A stretch of 64,000 bases of DNA, from positions 66,206 through 130,205 of the forward strand of contig JAIOOX010000004.1 of assembly GCA_021414225.1 (NCBI GenBank), read 5' to 3'. The stretch is from Candidatus Vogelbacteria bacterium. Lineage in GTDB: Bacteria; Patescibacteriota; Minisyncoccia; Phycocordibacterales; XYD1-FULL-46-19. Shown piece by piece: positions 27,824 through 36,871 of the stretch. The notes beneath the pieces are model-generated. The model did not search any database and was not told the DNA's origin. It saw nothing but the letters and a program-made list of their open reading frames with translations. Each line of letters opens with the position of its first letter. Within the stretch, counting starts at the first letter, position 1. Position numbers and translations under genes: made by a program.

Positions 27824-28744
27824 TTAATTAAATATTGTTAACCATCTATGATGATCAACACTTTCCCCACGAAATATCTGCTCGTATTTATTTTTTATTT
27901 TCCCAGTCAGATGGCCAATTTTTTCTAAACCAATTGACCGACCATCAATTTCCACGATCGGAGCAATGAACGACGACGTCCCACAAGCAAAAACTTCATC
28001 GGCTATATAAACTTCCGTTAGATCAACCAGGCGTTCGACAGTTTTAATATTCATCTCCCCCGCTAACTCCAAAACTGTCTTGCGATTGATCCCCTCTAAG
28101 ATATCACTACTTTGACTAGGAGTAATTAGAATCCCGTCGCGGACGATAAAAATATTAGCTGCACTTAACTCACACACGTGACCATTGGTGTCTAAAAACA
28201 AACAATCATCATAACCACTATCAAGCGCATCCTGCTTACCTAAAACAGAGTTCACGTAAGCCCCATTTACTTTAGCCCGAGACGGAATAGCGTAATCCGG
28301 CACCCGCCGCCACACACTAGTTTTCAAGCGTGCTCCAGTTTGGGAAATAATCGGTTTAGCTTCATAAATAAACATACTCAATATTGTTTCCAAGCCTCGA
28401 GAGCGAGTACCAGGCACCAACTCACTGACATGGACCGTTGCTCTAATAAACACATTTTCATGCAAATCATTAACTTTAACCAATTCTTTGACAGACTCTT
28501 CAAAGCGCTCAAAACTCCAGGCCGGCGCAAAAGTATCAAGACCAATAATCTTAGCTGAGTTAAGTAAACGCTCAAAGTGATCTTCTAAACGAAAGGCGGC
28601 TGGACCAGCTTTCGTTACTATCACCGGGAAAACCGTATAAACACTCAACCCATAAAGAACAGCTGAACTAGCAATACTAAGGTTGGCCTGTTCTAGAGAA
28701 ACAATTTTATCACCTAAATAAGCCCGATTATAAATCTTAGTCAT
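27824..28744 (-). CDS. ilvE: Class IV PLP aminotransferase (branched-chain amino acid aminotransferase-like)
   Basis: FRLEDHFERL, AKVNGAYVNS, ILEGINR, DEVFACGT. Confidence 0.8.
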   Translation of the reverse strand: MTKIYNRAYLGDKIVSLEQANLSIASSAVLYGLSVYTVFPVIVTKAGPAAFRLEDHFERLLNSAKIIGLDTFAPAWSFERFEESVKELVKVNDLHENVFIRATVHVSELVPGTRSRGLETILSMFIYEAKPIISQTGARLKTSVWRRVPDYAIPSRAKVNGAYVNSVLGKQDALDSGYDDCLFLDTNGHVCELSAANIFIVRDGILITPSQSSDILEGINRKTVLELAGEMNIKTVERLVDLTEVYIADEVFACGTSSFIAPIVEIDGRSIGLEKIGHLTGKIKNKYEQIFRGESVDHHRWLTIFN

Positions 28745-28860
28745 AACCTTAGAATATAGATTTATCCGTTCATTGTAAAACGGAGGTTTTGTGCTAGATT
28801 GCAGTCAGGTATATGGCTATTTACTCTAACCCCAACATCACTACTCAGGGAGAAAATCAT

Positions 28861-29373
28861 ATGCAACACAAAGTTGCTACTGTCGTTTTTCTCCAGAATG
28901 AGAAAGGCGAAATTTTTATGGGTCGGAAAACCCAAAAAATTGGGATCGGAATGTACACCGGCCCAGGAGGGAAAGTTGAGCCGGGTGAAGCAATAGAAAC
29001 TTGCGCGCGCAGAGAGACTTTTGAAGAAATCCAAGTAAAACTAAAAGAGGCTAGTTTAAGAAAAATAGCCATCATCCAGTTTTACAATCACCACCAAGAT
29101 CCTACAAAATCATTCCTAATGGAAGTCCACTTCTTTCTAGCTAATAATTGGGAAGGGACTCCCCGTGATACAGAGGAGTTGAAGGATGGTAGATGGTTTC
29201 CTCTTTGGCGCTTGCGTTGGTTCCCGTGGTCAGTAAAGATGATGGCGGCGGACAAAATCTTTCTGCCATACATTGCGGCAGGGCAAAAGATCAAAGCCAA
29301 GTTCCATTACGACGGCACTGATCAGAAAAAGTTAACGAAGTACGTAATCAACCAAGTCGAAAGATTTCTCTAG
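28861..29373 (+). CDS. NUDIX hydrolase (8-oxo-dGTPase/MTH1-like)
   Basis: GPGGKVEPGEAIETCARRETFEE Nudix box; ATG 28861 with GGGAGA SD. Confidence 0.85.
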   Translation: MQHKVATVVFLQNEKGEIFMGRKTQKIGIGMYTGPGGKVEPGEAIETCARRETFEEIQVKLKEASLRKIAIIQFYNHHQDPTKSFLMEVHFFLANNWEGTPRDTEELKDGRWFPLWRLRWFPWSVKMMAADKIFLPYIAAGQKIKAKFHYDGTDQKKLTKYVINQVERFL

Positions 29374-29405
29374 CACTAAATCGTCACGACGATTTAGTGC
29401 TTTTA
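29372..29405. terminator. Hairpin terminator between NUDIX gene and tRNA-Gly
   Basis: agcactaaatcgtc/gacgatttagtgct plus T tract. Confidence 0.7.
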
Positions 29406-29413
29406 CTTTTAGG

Positions 29414-29484
29414 TGCGGGTAGGAGGAATCGGACCCCCAACTACAGTTTGGAAAACTGTCGTTTTACCACTAAACTATACCCGC
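29414..29484 (-). tRNA. tRNA-Gly(TCC)
   Basis: GCGGGTA/TACCCGC acceptor stem, anticodon arm acagt-TTTCCAA-actgt; T-loop TCCGATT; no encoded CCA. Confidence 0.9.
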
Positions 29485-29529
29485 TTCAATAACAGGATTA
29501 TCGTAGCAAAAAAGCTTATCTAATTCAAT

Positions 29530-29943
29530 CTAAAACCAAATTGCCAGAGTGCTGAGGAAAATAGAGAAGCACATCAGCGATGACAATAGACAAAGAGTGC
29601 ACCATTCTCGCAAAATCTTTCCTTGGACATAAATCAAATAACCAGCGGTAAAAGTGGCCAACAAAGTTGGTAAGACCAACAGGGTGAGAAATAAATTAGT
29701 AGCCAAACCCGGAACAATAATCAAACCTAAGTAAGACACTGCCACTAAAGCATAATAAATTAAACCTAAATCTTCCCACGGTATCCCCTGCCAAGCCGAA
29801 AAGCGGCTATGAATCACCATTTCGCAATCAGACTCTGTTGGGCAAACAATTTTATGATTGTGACGTTTCGCCCAATCAATATGTAAACAAATACTAAAAC
29901 CGATCACCGCACACACCACAATTAAGATGTAAAAAATTAACAT
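29530..29943 (-). CDS. Vitamin K epoxide reductase (VKOR) family disulfide oxidoreductase
   Basis: C..C pair in loop (CPTESDC..V..S) and WCTLC CxxC, four TMs. Confidence 0.85.
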   Translation of the reverse strand: MLIFYILIVVCAVIGFSICLHIDWAKRHNHKIVCPTESDCEMVIHSRFSAWQGIPWEDLGLIYYALVAVSYLGLIIVPGLATNLFLTLLVLPTLLATFTAGYLIYVQGKILREWCTLCLLSSLMCFSIFLSTLAIWF

Positions 29944-30110
29944 ATCCAAATATTATATACTCCCCACGACTGAGAGTCGAACTTGCTCACCTTCTAACCA
30001 AACACTTGTCTTTATTTTTTTACGTTGACACTACTATGACAAGGTTTATAGTGAATACAGGGGCTGAGGAACATTTTTAATACAACCGCTCTTTGAAAGG
30101 AGGTGAGAAA

Positions 30111-30431
30111 ATGGGTATGCCAGATAGTTTCATTTGGGATCGAGTTAAGACTATCATTAGTCGAACCTTGGAAATGAAAGGACACCAAGCGATTATTGAA
30201 GTCGCAGACCATTTGCCAAACGAAAGGGTTCGAACCATGACCGTGTTGAGCGCTGATCGGACAGAGCATCCTGGTTCATTTATCTTGGTGGTTACTCATC
30301 GCAAAAGCGGTCGAATAATTGCCAGGGCTAGTGATTCAGTCGGCTGTTTCCGCCACTTCGGCAAAGAAATAGCCGACCGAATAGAAGCAGCGCTTAACAA
30401 GAAAGAAGCCCATGCATCACAACCAAAGTAG
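30111..30431 (+). CDS. Hypothetical protein
   Basis: Strong SD AAAGGAGGTGA before ATG 30111; TTGACA..TATAGT upstream. Confidence 0.65.
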   Translation: MGMPDSFIWDRVKTIISRTLEMKGHQAIIEVADHLPNERVRTMTVLSADRTEHPGSFILVVTHRKSGRIIARASDSVGCFRHFGKEIADRIEAALNKKEAHASQPK

Positions 30432-30488
30432 TTCCTCACCCCATCATGGGTCTATGTGCCAACTGACATAGACCCTCCTTATCCTCCA

Positions 30489-30525
30489 AAACAAAAAACC
30501 ACTCCAGAAGAGTGGTTTTTTGTTT
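30489..30525. terminator. Bidirectional terminator
   Basis: caaaaaaccactc/gagtggttttttg between convergent genes. Confidence 0.8.
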
Positions 30526-30542
30526 GATCAGGAATCTGATTA

Positions 30543-30809
30543 TTATCGGTCGCCTCTAGGTTCCATAGGACGAGCCTCACTAACTGTGAGATTGCGTCCA
30601 CCGAAATCCTTACCATTCCAAAGCTCAATACCCTTCTGAGCTTCTTCATCGGTAGCGAACTCAACGAAACCAAAACCTTTTGAGCGTCCAGTCATACGGT
30701 CTTTGATGACCATAGCTGAAGTTACCGTACCAGCTTGTGAAAACGCGTTCTTGAACTCGTCGTCAGTAGTTGAATAAGGTAGACCGCCTACATAAAGCTT
30801 GTTTGCCAT
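30543..30809 (-). CDS. RRM (RNP-1) RNA-binding protein
   Basis: KLYVGGL (RNP2), KGFGFVEF (RNP1). Confidence 0.93.
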   Translation of the reverse strand: MANKLYVGGLPYSTTDDEFKNAFSQAGTVTSAMVIKDRMTGRSKGFGFVEFATDEEAQKGIELWNGKDFGGRNLTVSEARPMEPRGDR

Positions 30810-30976
30810 TGTGTAACGTTCTTTTTTAATAAACGTGTAAGCTGACCTGCTTGTAGTCTCTACTTACCAAACGCACACTAAGCGCGAAGAAAACGTAGGA
30901 GCTAGAACGCAAACTTACAACTTCTCTATTATACCATGTGGATAAGTAAAGTCAAACACGGCGATAAAAACTATTT

Positions 30977-31408
30977 TTACCAAGATATTTTTTTGGTTTC
31001 AACAAAATACTGGAGATCTGTCTGGGTTTGCTCCACAATATTTATCTTATGAGAATCCAGTGCCTCAGCCAGATCAACCCAAGCATAACCAGCTCCCTCT
31101 GTAAGAACAATCTGACGACCATCTAAATCTGTTTCAATATAAAAAACGAAACGGTGCGCATTATTCTCTTGATCAAAATAGTCGTAAAGAGCAACAATTT
31201 CTGATGCAGAGAATAAGATGCCAACCTCCTCGTTCATTTCTCTAATTAAAGTTTTTACTGGATCCCCTTGGTCTTCTATCTCAGAACCACCACCAAACAA
31301 AGCCCAAATATTAGGGCTAACCGGAGCAAAAACATCTCTTTTGTGTAATAAAACCTGCTTAGTAGCCGGATTAAAGAAAATGGCAGTGGAACAAGATTTT
31401 TGCGACAT
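30977..31408 (-). CDS. NUDIX hydrolase
   Basis: WALFGGG..E...REMNEEVG; LTEGAG. Confidence 0.85.
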   Translation of the reverse strand: MSQKSCSTAIFFNPATKQVLLHKRDVFAPVSPNIWALFGGGSEIEDQGDPVKTLIREMNEEVGILFSASEIVALYDYFDQENNAHRFVFYIETDLDGRQIVLTEGAGYAWVDLAEALDSHKINIVEQTQTDLQYFVETKKISW

Positions 31409-31566
31409 TGAAGATATAATAACATGGAATCCCGCCGGGATTATCCTTCGACTCTCACCTCGTCGTCACTCGACTCGGTCTAGGCACCAGCTCACTTGTT
31501 TGGTGTACTCACCAAACACAGCTCCACTGTTCTAATCCCGGACGCAAGAGAAGCAGTTCTCTTGCT

Positions 31567-31623
31567 CGGCCCGAAATACTAAAAAATCCACTTTTGAGGT
31601 GGATTTTTTAGTATTTCGGGCCG
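31567..31623. repeat. 25-bp perfect inverted repeat overlapping the tRNA-Pro 3' end (terminator-like)
   Basis: cggcccgaaatactaaaaaatccac / gtggattttttagtatttcgggccg. Confidence 0.85.
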
Positions 31624-31688
31624 CCGGGATTCGAACCCGGAGTCGCTCGGTCCCAAACCGAGAATGTTAGCCGTTACACCACGGCCCG
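31616..31688 (-). tRNA. tRNA-Pro(TGG)
   Basis: CGGGCCG acceptor, ctcgg-TTTGGGA-ccgag, GGTTCGAATCC; no encoded CCA. Confidence 0.93.
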
Positions 31689-31773
31689 TTGTCATTTAAG
31701 TCTTATTCTATCGCTTCAAAAGCCTAAATACCTGGTAATCGTACCACACCAAAACAAAATAGCCAACGCCAGA

Positions 31774-32172
31774 TTAGGTTATATCCTCTAGATGTTCTAT
31801 TTTAAACACCTTATCACTCCCCTGTTCTAAATACACAGTAATAGCATCTAACTGCCAATCTATGTCGTCTTCATCAATCTCGTTGTCCTCTAGGTAGCTA
31901 TTTATCGCCCGATACAACCTTTTCAGTTTCCAAGGATGAATATTATCCTCTGGTTCATAACTATCTGTTTCATGAATAACATCCCCAAACACCCTACTAA
32001 CAGTCTTAACTTCAACAAAATAGATAGTAGTTCCCTTTTTGGCGACAATGTCTATTTCACCCCAAGGTTTACGATAATTTCTAGCCAAAATATAAAAACC
32101 CTTCTTTTTCAACAGTCCCACAGCTTTATTTTCACCTAAAGCACCAATTACTTGTTTAGTGGTTTGCGACAT
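31774..32172 (-). CDS. yraN: YraN family PD-(D/E)xK nuclease
   Basis: GALGE, RNY..PWGEIDIVA, FVEVKT. Confidence 0.9.
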   Translation of the reverse strand: MSQTTKQVIGALGENKAVGLLKKKGFYILARNYRKPWGEIDIVAKKGTTIYFVEVKTVSRVFGDVIHETDSYEPEDNIHPWKLKRLYRAINSYLEDNEIDEDDIDWQLDAITVYLEQGSDKVFKIEHLEDIT

Positions 32173-32226
32173 CTTCTTTACTCTTTAGTATATCAAAACC
32201 ACCACCAGGTTTCATGATTAACATCT

Positions 32227-32256
32227 TAATATATGTTTCATATGAAACATATATTA
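32227..32256. other. parS-like 30-bp perfect palindrome
   Basis: taatatatgtttcat|atgaaacatatatta; core TGTTTCATATGAAACA vs parS consensus TGTTTCACGTGAAACA. Confidence 0.65.
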
Positions 32257-32636
32257 CCAGTTACAACCAAATTACCTTAAAAGTCAGTCAAGGACTATAA
32301 AACCTATATTTTAAGCCATATAATTGGATTTAGACATTAAGGGTCAGGTTTATTTGTAATTTTTTTACTGTCTCTTATACACCATATCCCCATAGTTATC
32401 CACGTTTTTCCACTTTTTAGGCCAATTTAGGTCACTTAAGAGACTGTCTGAGATTGGTCTTTTAATGGTGATTAGAAGGAGAGAATCGACTACTAATGAC
32501 TCTGAGAATCGGTCACAACTCTTCTGCCCCTAGATAAACTCAGGGTAATTCGACTATAAAGTCTTGTAATAGAACATAAACCAAGAAACTCTTAACAATA
32601 ATGAAACCTTGTGTTTACACTGAGCTTGTCGAAGTG

Positions 32637-32707
32637 TGCGGGTAGGGAGAATCGAACTCCCGTCTCATCCTTGGCAAGGACGTGTTCTACCACTAAACCA
32701 TACCCGC
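32637..32707 (-). tRNA. tRNA-Gly(GCC)
   Basis: GCGGGTA/TACCCGC, cgtcc-TTGCCAA-ggatg, GTTCGATT; no encoded CCA. Confidence 0.93.
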
Positions 32708-32812
32708 AAATATTTTTAAAAACAAAACTAGTATAGCAAAAACTTTGGATTATTCAATCACAATAGGTTGATTTTTGGCCTTATTTGTTGTATTTTTAGT
32801 AAGTTTATCAAC

Positions 32813-32887
32813 GCTCTCGTGGTGAAATGGATATCACAACGGTCTTCGGAACCGTCGTTGGGGGTTCGAGTCCCTCCGGGAGCACCA
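32813..32887 (+). tRNA. tRNA-Arg(TCG)
   Basis: acggt-CTTCGGA-accgt, GGTTCGAGTCC, ends in CCA. Confidence 0.93.
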
Positions 32888-32942
32888 AAATCTGAATCTA
32901 ATAGGAGATTTCTTAATCTAAAATCACCTCAGTTTTAATGAA

Positions 32943-34418
32943 ATGAAAATAGACCTAATTATTCCCAAAGAAGTTTCACGAATAACAAAAACCCTTGAAG
33001 AAGGGGGGTTTTCAGCTTATCTAGTTGGTGGTTGCGTTCGAGACTTGCTAATGAACCGACCACCCAAAGATTGGGATATCACCACCAACGCTACCCCTGA
33101 CCAAATTGTTGGGCTTTTTCCTAAAACTGTCTACGAAAACACCTTTGGCACCGTTACTGTTATTAATGAAGATATTGAACCACTAGATTTACGTCATATT
33201 GAAGTGACCCCTTTTAGAACAGAGGGGGCTTATAGTGATAAGCGCCATCCCGACAAGGTAGAATTTGGCACAAGTCTAACTGAAGACCTTAAGCGTCGGG
33301 ATTTCACTATCAACGCTTTGGCCTATAGTCCGTCTAATGGACAGCTAGTAGATGAGTTTGGGGGAGTAAAAGATATAAAGGACAAAATAATCAGAGCAGT
33401 CGGGGAAGCTGAGGTTAGATTGGGGGAAGATCCACTCAGAATCATGCGTGCCATTCGTTTAGAGGCTCAATTAGGTTTCACGATTAACCTCGAGACAAAA
33501 AAAGCCTTAAGAGGCCAGGCGGCTGACTTATCCAGCATCTCCACTGAGCGGATTAGGGATGAGTTTGAGAAACTAATCATGTCTGCCAACCCAATGTCCG
33601 GACTAGAGAGTATGAAAGACTGTGGTGTTTTATCTTATGTTATTCGTGAAACAGGGGAGATGGTTGGGGTAGAGCAAGGTGGCGCTCATATTTATGACGT
33701 TTGGGAACACTCTTTGCGAGCCTTGCAACACGCCGCTGCCAAAAACGGGAGCTTAGAGATTCGTTTAGCGGCTCTGTTTCACGACATAGGCAAACCAAAA
33801 ACTAGACGTAGTTCTACAGTTGTTGGTAAGAAGGCCTACACTTTCTACGGTCACGAAGTGGTGGGAGCGAGAATGGTCAAAAAGATACTGACGGAACTAA
33901 AATTTCCCCAAAAAACAATTAATATTGTTGAAAGGTTAGTCAGAAACCATATGTTCTTTGCGGACACTGACCAAATAACCTTATCAGCCGTACGAAGGTT
34001 GGTGGCTAAGGTTGGACCCGACTTAGTTTGGGACCTTATGACCATTAGGGCCTGCGACCGGATTGGAATGGGCCGCCCGAAAGAAGATCCTTATAGACTA
34101 CGTAAGTATGAGGCTATGATTGAGGAAGCCATGAGAGCCCCTACATCAGTCGGTATGTTGAAGTTAGATGGTAATGACCTAATAAAGCTCTCTCAAGAGA
34201 AACCAGGGCCTAAAATAGGCTTTATTTTACATGCCTTACTGGAGGAAGTCTTGGATAAACCAGAGTTAAATAATAGAAACTATCTAGAAAATAAAGCTTT
34301 GGACTTATTAAAATTACCTCTAGAGAAATTAAAAAAATTAGGAGAAGCCGGTAAAGAAAAGAAAGAAGAGACAGAGGAAGGGGAACTGGCTGAAATCCGT
34401 AAACGTCATCGAGTATAA
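32943..34418 (+). CDS. cca: CCA tRNA nucleotidyltransferase with HD domain
   Basis: LVGGCVRD, DWDITT, RRDFTINA, EDPLRIMR, FHDIGK. Confidence 0.93.
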   Translation: MKIDLIIPKEVSRITKTLEEGGFSAYLVGGCVRDLLMNRPPKDWDITTNATPDQIVGLFPKTVYENTFGTVTVINEDIEPLDLRHIEVTPFRTEGAYSDKRHPDKVEFGTSLTEDLKRRDFTINALAYSPSNGQLVDEFGGVKDIKDKIIRAVGEAEVRLGEDPLRIMRAIRLEAQLGFTINLETKKALRGQAADLSSISTERIRDEFEKLIMSANPMSGLESMKDCGVLSYVIRETGEMVGVEQGGAHIYDVWEHSLRALQHAAAKNGSLEIRLAALFHDIGKPKTRRSSTVVGKKAYTFYGHEVVGARMVKKILTELKFPQKTINIVERLVRNHMFFADTDQITLSAVRRLVAKVGPDLVWDLMTIRACDRIGMGRPKEDPYRLRKYEAMIEEAMRAPTSVGMLKLDGNDLIKLSQEKPGPKIGFILHALLEEVLDKPELNNRNYLENKALDLLKLPLEKLKKLGEAGKEKKEETEEGELAEIRKRHRV

Positions 34419-34700
34419 AACTCAAATATTAATACCTCAGACCTGTAGATTAAAATAGTCAGAAACAAACAACGCCCCAGAGGGACAGTGCCTTGGGACG
34501 GTAAAGCGCTTCACACAGGTATAGACCTGAACAGGAAACGTTGGATTATAAAATTGTTTCCTAAAACTTACAAAATTTAGTGTGGAGAAGGACTAAACTC
34601 ATAAGCCAGATCTTATCCTGGTTCATCACGACTTAGTGAAGACCAGATCATGTCTGATATGATTATACATGTGTCCTATATTAAAGGACAAACATTTTCT

Positions 34701-34709
34701 TGTGGATAA
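34701..34709 (-). promoter_or_regulatory. DnaA box (TTATCCACA)
   Basis: Exact consensus (tgtggataa on +); a second exact copy at 30937-30945. Confidence 0.45.
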
Positions 34710-34748
34710 CCGGTTCCACCTAAATAAATAAATTTGTCCTTTATTAAA

Positions 34749-35657
34749 TTAGCGCCTCTTCCCATGAAATTTACTGTGGATATCTTTTAGTTGTCTATCG
34801 GTAACGTGGGTGTAAATCTGAGTAGTGGCCACGTTAGCATGCCCTAACATCACTTGAACTGAACGAATATCAGCTCCATTCTGTAGTAGGTCCGTCGCGA
34901 AAGAGTGACGAATAACGTGCGGGGTTACTTTCTTATTAGAAATACCGGCTTTGATAGCATAAAATTTTACAATTCTCTCTACACTACGCGGCGTTAATCG
35001 TTCCGGCTCCTTTTTACCTTTCCCTATATTAACAAACAGCGCCTCATGCATATCATCTCGTTTAGCTAAATAAGTCTTAAGGTTATCTTTGGCGGTAGGG
35101 GAGATAAAGACTAAACGGACCTTCTCACCCTTACCTCTAACCGAGAATTCATCACGAGACAAGTCGATTGAATCCTGATCTAAGTTACACAACTCCGAAA
35201 CCCGCAAACCAGTTGAAAATAGCAGCTCTAAAATGGCCTTATCCCGCAAAGATTTTAAGTCAGAATCCTGTGGCCCAGCCATTAAACGCTCTAATTCCAC
35301 GTCAGTAATCAGATCCAGCTCTCGACCCGGGGTTTTGGCTAATTCTATTCGTTCCGGGGCTAAGGAGCTAACCCCCCGACGAGCCAAGTATTTAAGGAAC
35401 ATCCGCAAAGCGATCAAATGGTAGTTTTGGGTGTTTTTCTTCAAAGTCGCCCCCCTGACAGTCGGGGAAGGTTGACGGTTAAGCCACAAACGAAAGGCTC
35501 GTAACGAATCGTCAGTAATATCAGCTGGTTTGGATATGCCCGTCTGGTTAATGAACTTTGTTAGATAACGGTCATAGTTTTCAACCGTTTTCAGACTACG
35601 ACCCTTTTCAATCTCTTGGTATTCGAGAAATTCTCGTTTAATGCTTTGGATATCCAT
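34749..35657 (-). CDS. XerC/XerD-family tyrosine recombinase
   Basis: TGLRVSEL, GKGEKVR, TPHVIRHSFATDLL, LGHANVATTQIYT. Confidence 0.93.
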   Translation of the reverse strand: MDIQSIKREFLEYQEIEKGRSLKTVENYDRYLTKFINQTGISKPADITDDSLRAFRLWLNRQPSPTVRGATLKKNTQNYHLIALRMFLKYLARRGVSSLAPERIELAKTPGRELDLITDVELERLMAGPQDSDLKSLRDKAILELLFSTGLRVSELCNLDQDSIDLSRDEFSVRGKGEKVRLVFISPTAKDNLKTYLAKRDDMHEALFVNIGKGKKEPERLTPRSVERIVKFYAIKAGISNKKVTPHVIRHSFATDLLQNGADIRSVQVMLGHANVATTQIYTHVTDRQLKDIHSKFHGKRR

Positions 35658-35781
35658 AAATATAGTGTCGCACAATATTATAACACTAAAATCAATACGT
35701 CAGCCATTCCTCTGGAGATTATCTGGGTGTATCTAGTGATTCTACTTGCAAAACAAAGGGTTTTATGCTATGATACCCCTC

Positions 35782-36042
35782 ATGCTTACAACCAAGAAAA
35801 AGCAGGTAATCATTAAGAAAAGTAAAGTCCATGACACCGATACTGGATCCTCTAAGGTCCAGATCGCTCTTTTGACTGAAAGAATTAATGAATTAGCTGA
35901 ACACCTCAAGAAAAACGCTAAAGATAACCACTCTCGTCGCGGTTTACTACAACTAGTAGCTAAACGCCGCTCTCACATCAAGTATATGGAGACTCAAACT
36001 AAGAAAGAGGAGAAAAAAGAAGCAGCTAAAGCTTCTAAGTAA
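35782..36042 (+). CDS. rpsO: 30S ribosomal protein S15
   Basis: [23 protein letters not shown]; start at ATG 35782. Confidence 0.96.
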   Translation: MLTTKKKQVIIKKSKVHDTDTGSSKVQIALLTERINELAEHLKKNAKDNHSRRGLLQLVAKRRSHIKYMETQTKKEEKKEAAKASK

Positions 36043-36186
36043 ACCATCCGTTTTTTGTGTTATACTTGGTTGGTAAGTAATTTTTAATAAAGTATTGGTG
36101 TTAGTCTTTTTTTATTGCTAATAAATTTGGTTAGATTTTTCTGTTTGTAGTAGCCAAAAGACCAGCCCCCTAATTTCATAATCTTA

Positions 36187-36771
36187 ATGTCTATCATTAA
36201 ACACAAAGGTCAGCGTGTCGGCGTTTTTATTGACACCCAAAACCTTTATCATAGTGCTAAAAATTTATACCATGCTCGAGTCAACTTTGGAGCTATTTTA
36301 AAAGATATTGTTGGTGCCCGCCAGTTAGTTCGGGCTTTAGCTTACGTTGTTAATACCGAAGCAGGGGACGAGAAAGCTTTTCTAGAGGCCTTGGGTAAAA
36401 TTGGCATCGAAGTTCGATCTAAGGACTTGCAAATCTTTGCTGGTGGAGCTAAGAAAGCTGACTGGGACGTCGGTCTAGCCGTTGACGCTATTCAACTGGC
36501 CCCAAAACTTGATGTAGTGGTAATCGTTTCTGGTGACGGTGACTTTATTCCACTGGTAGAGCATTTGCAATCCCTTGGTTGCCAAGTCGAGGTTGTTTCT
36601 TTTGGTAAAAGTTCTTCAGGTAAGCTAAAAGAAGCGACCGATGATTTTCTAGACCTAGATCTGCAACCGCGTAAATATCTAATCTCTTCAAATAACTACA
36701 GAGGTAATGGGCGCAAAGAAAAAACTAAGGATGAATCAGCCAACGAACCAGTAGTTCATATCGGAGAATAA
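36187..36771 (+). CDS. NYN/LabA-DUF88 PIN-like protein
   Basis: VFIDTQN, DWDVGLAVD, SGDGDF. Confidence 0.9.
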   Translation: MSIIKHKGQRVGVFIDTQNLYHSAKNLYHARVNFGAILKDIVGARQLVRALAYVVNTEAGDEKAFLEALGKIGIEVRSKDLQIFAGGAKKADWDVGLAVDAIQLAPKLDVVVIVSGDGDFIPLVEHLQSLGCQVEVVSFGKSSSGKLKEATDDFLDLDLQPRKYLISSNNYRGNGRKEKTKDESANEPVVHIGE

Positions 36772-36871
36772 ACAGAAAAATTAGTTTTTTGATGGCTCCA
36801 GTTTTTAAATAAAAACTTAATCGAGTTTCATAAACAGAAAAAGCTAGAATCCTGTTCGTGGTCATTGTATA

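Noticed and set aside
29960-29995. tRNA 3'-end-like fragment (ctccccacgactgagagtcgaact) as an att site
   Set aside because: Too short, matches none of the tRNAs in the window, no cloverleaf
32173-32630. oriC in the intergenic region after yraN
   Set aside because: Only one imperfect DnaA box inside, no dnaA/dnaN nearby and no sustained skew switch evident by eye; retained only as a parS cluster
34749-35657. Tyrosine recombinase as a prophage/ICE integrase near tRNAs
   Set aside because: Xer-like size and motifs, flanked by cca and rpsO, no phage genes or att duplication
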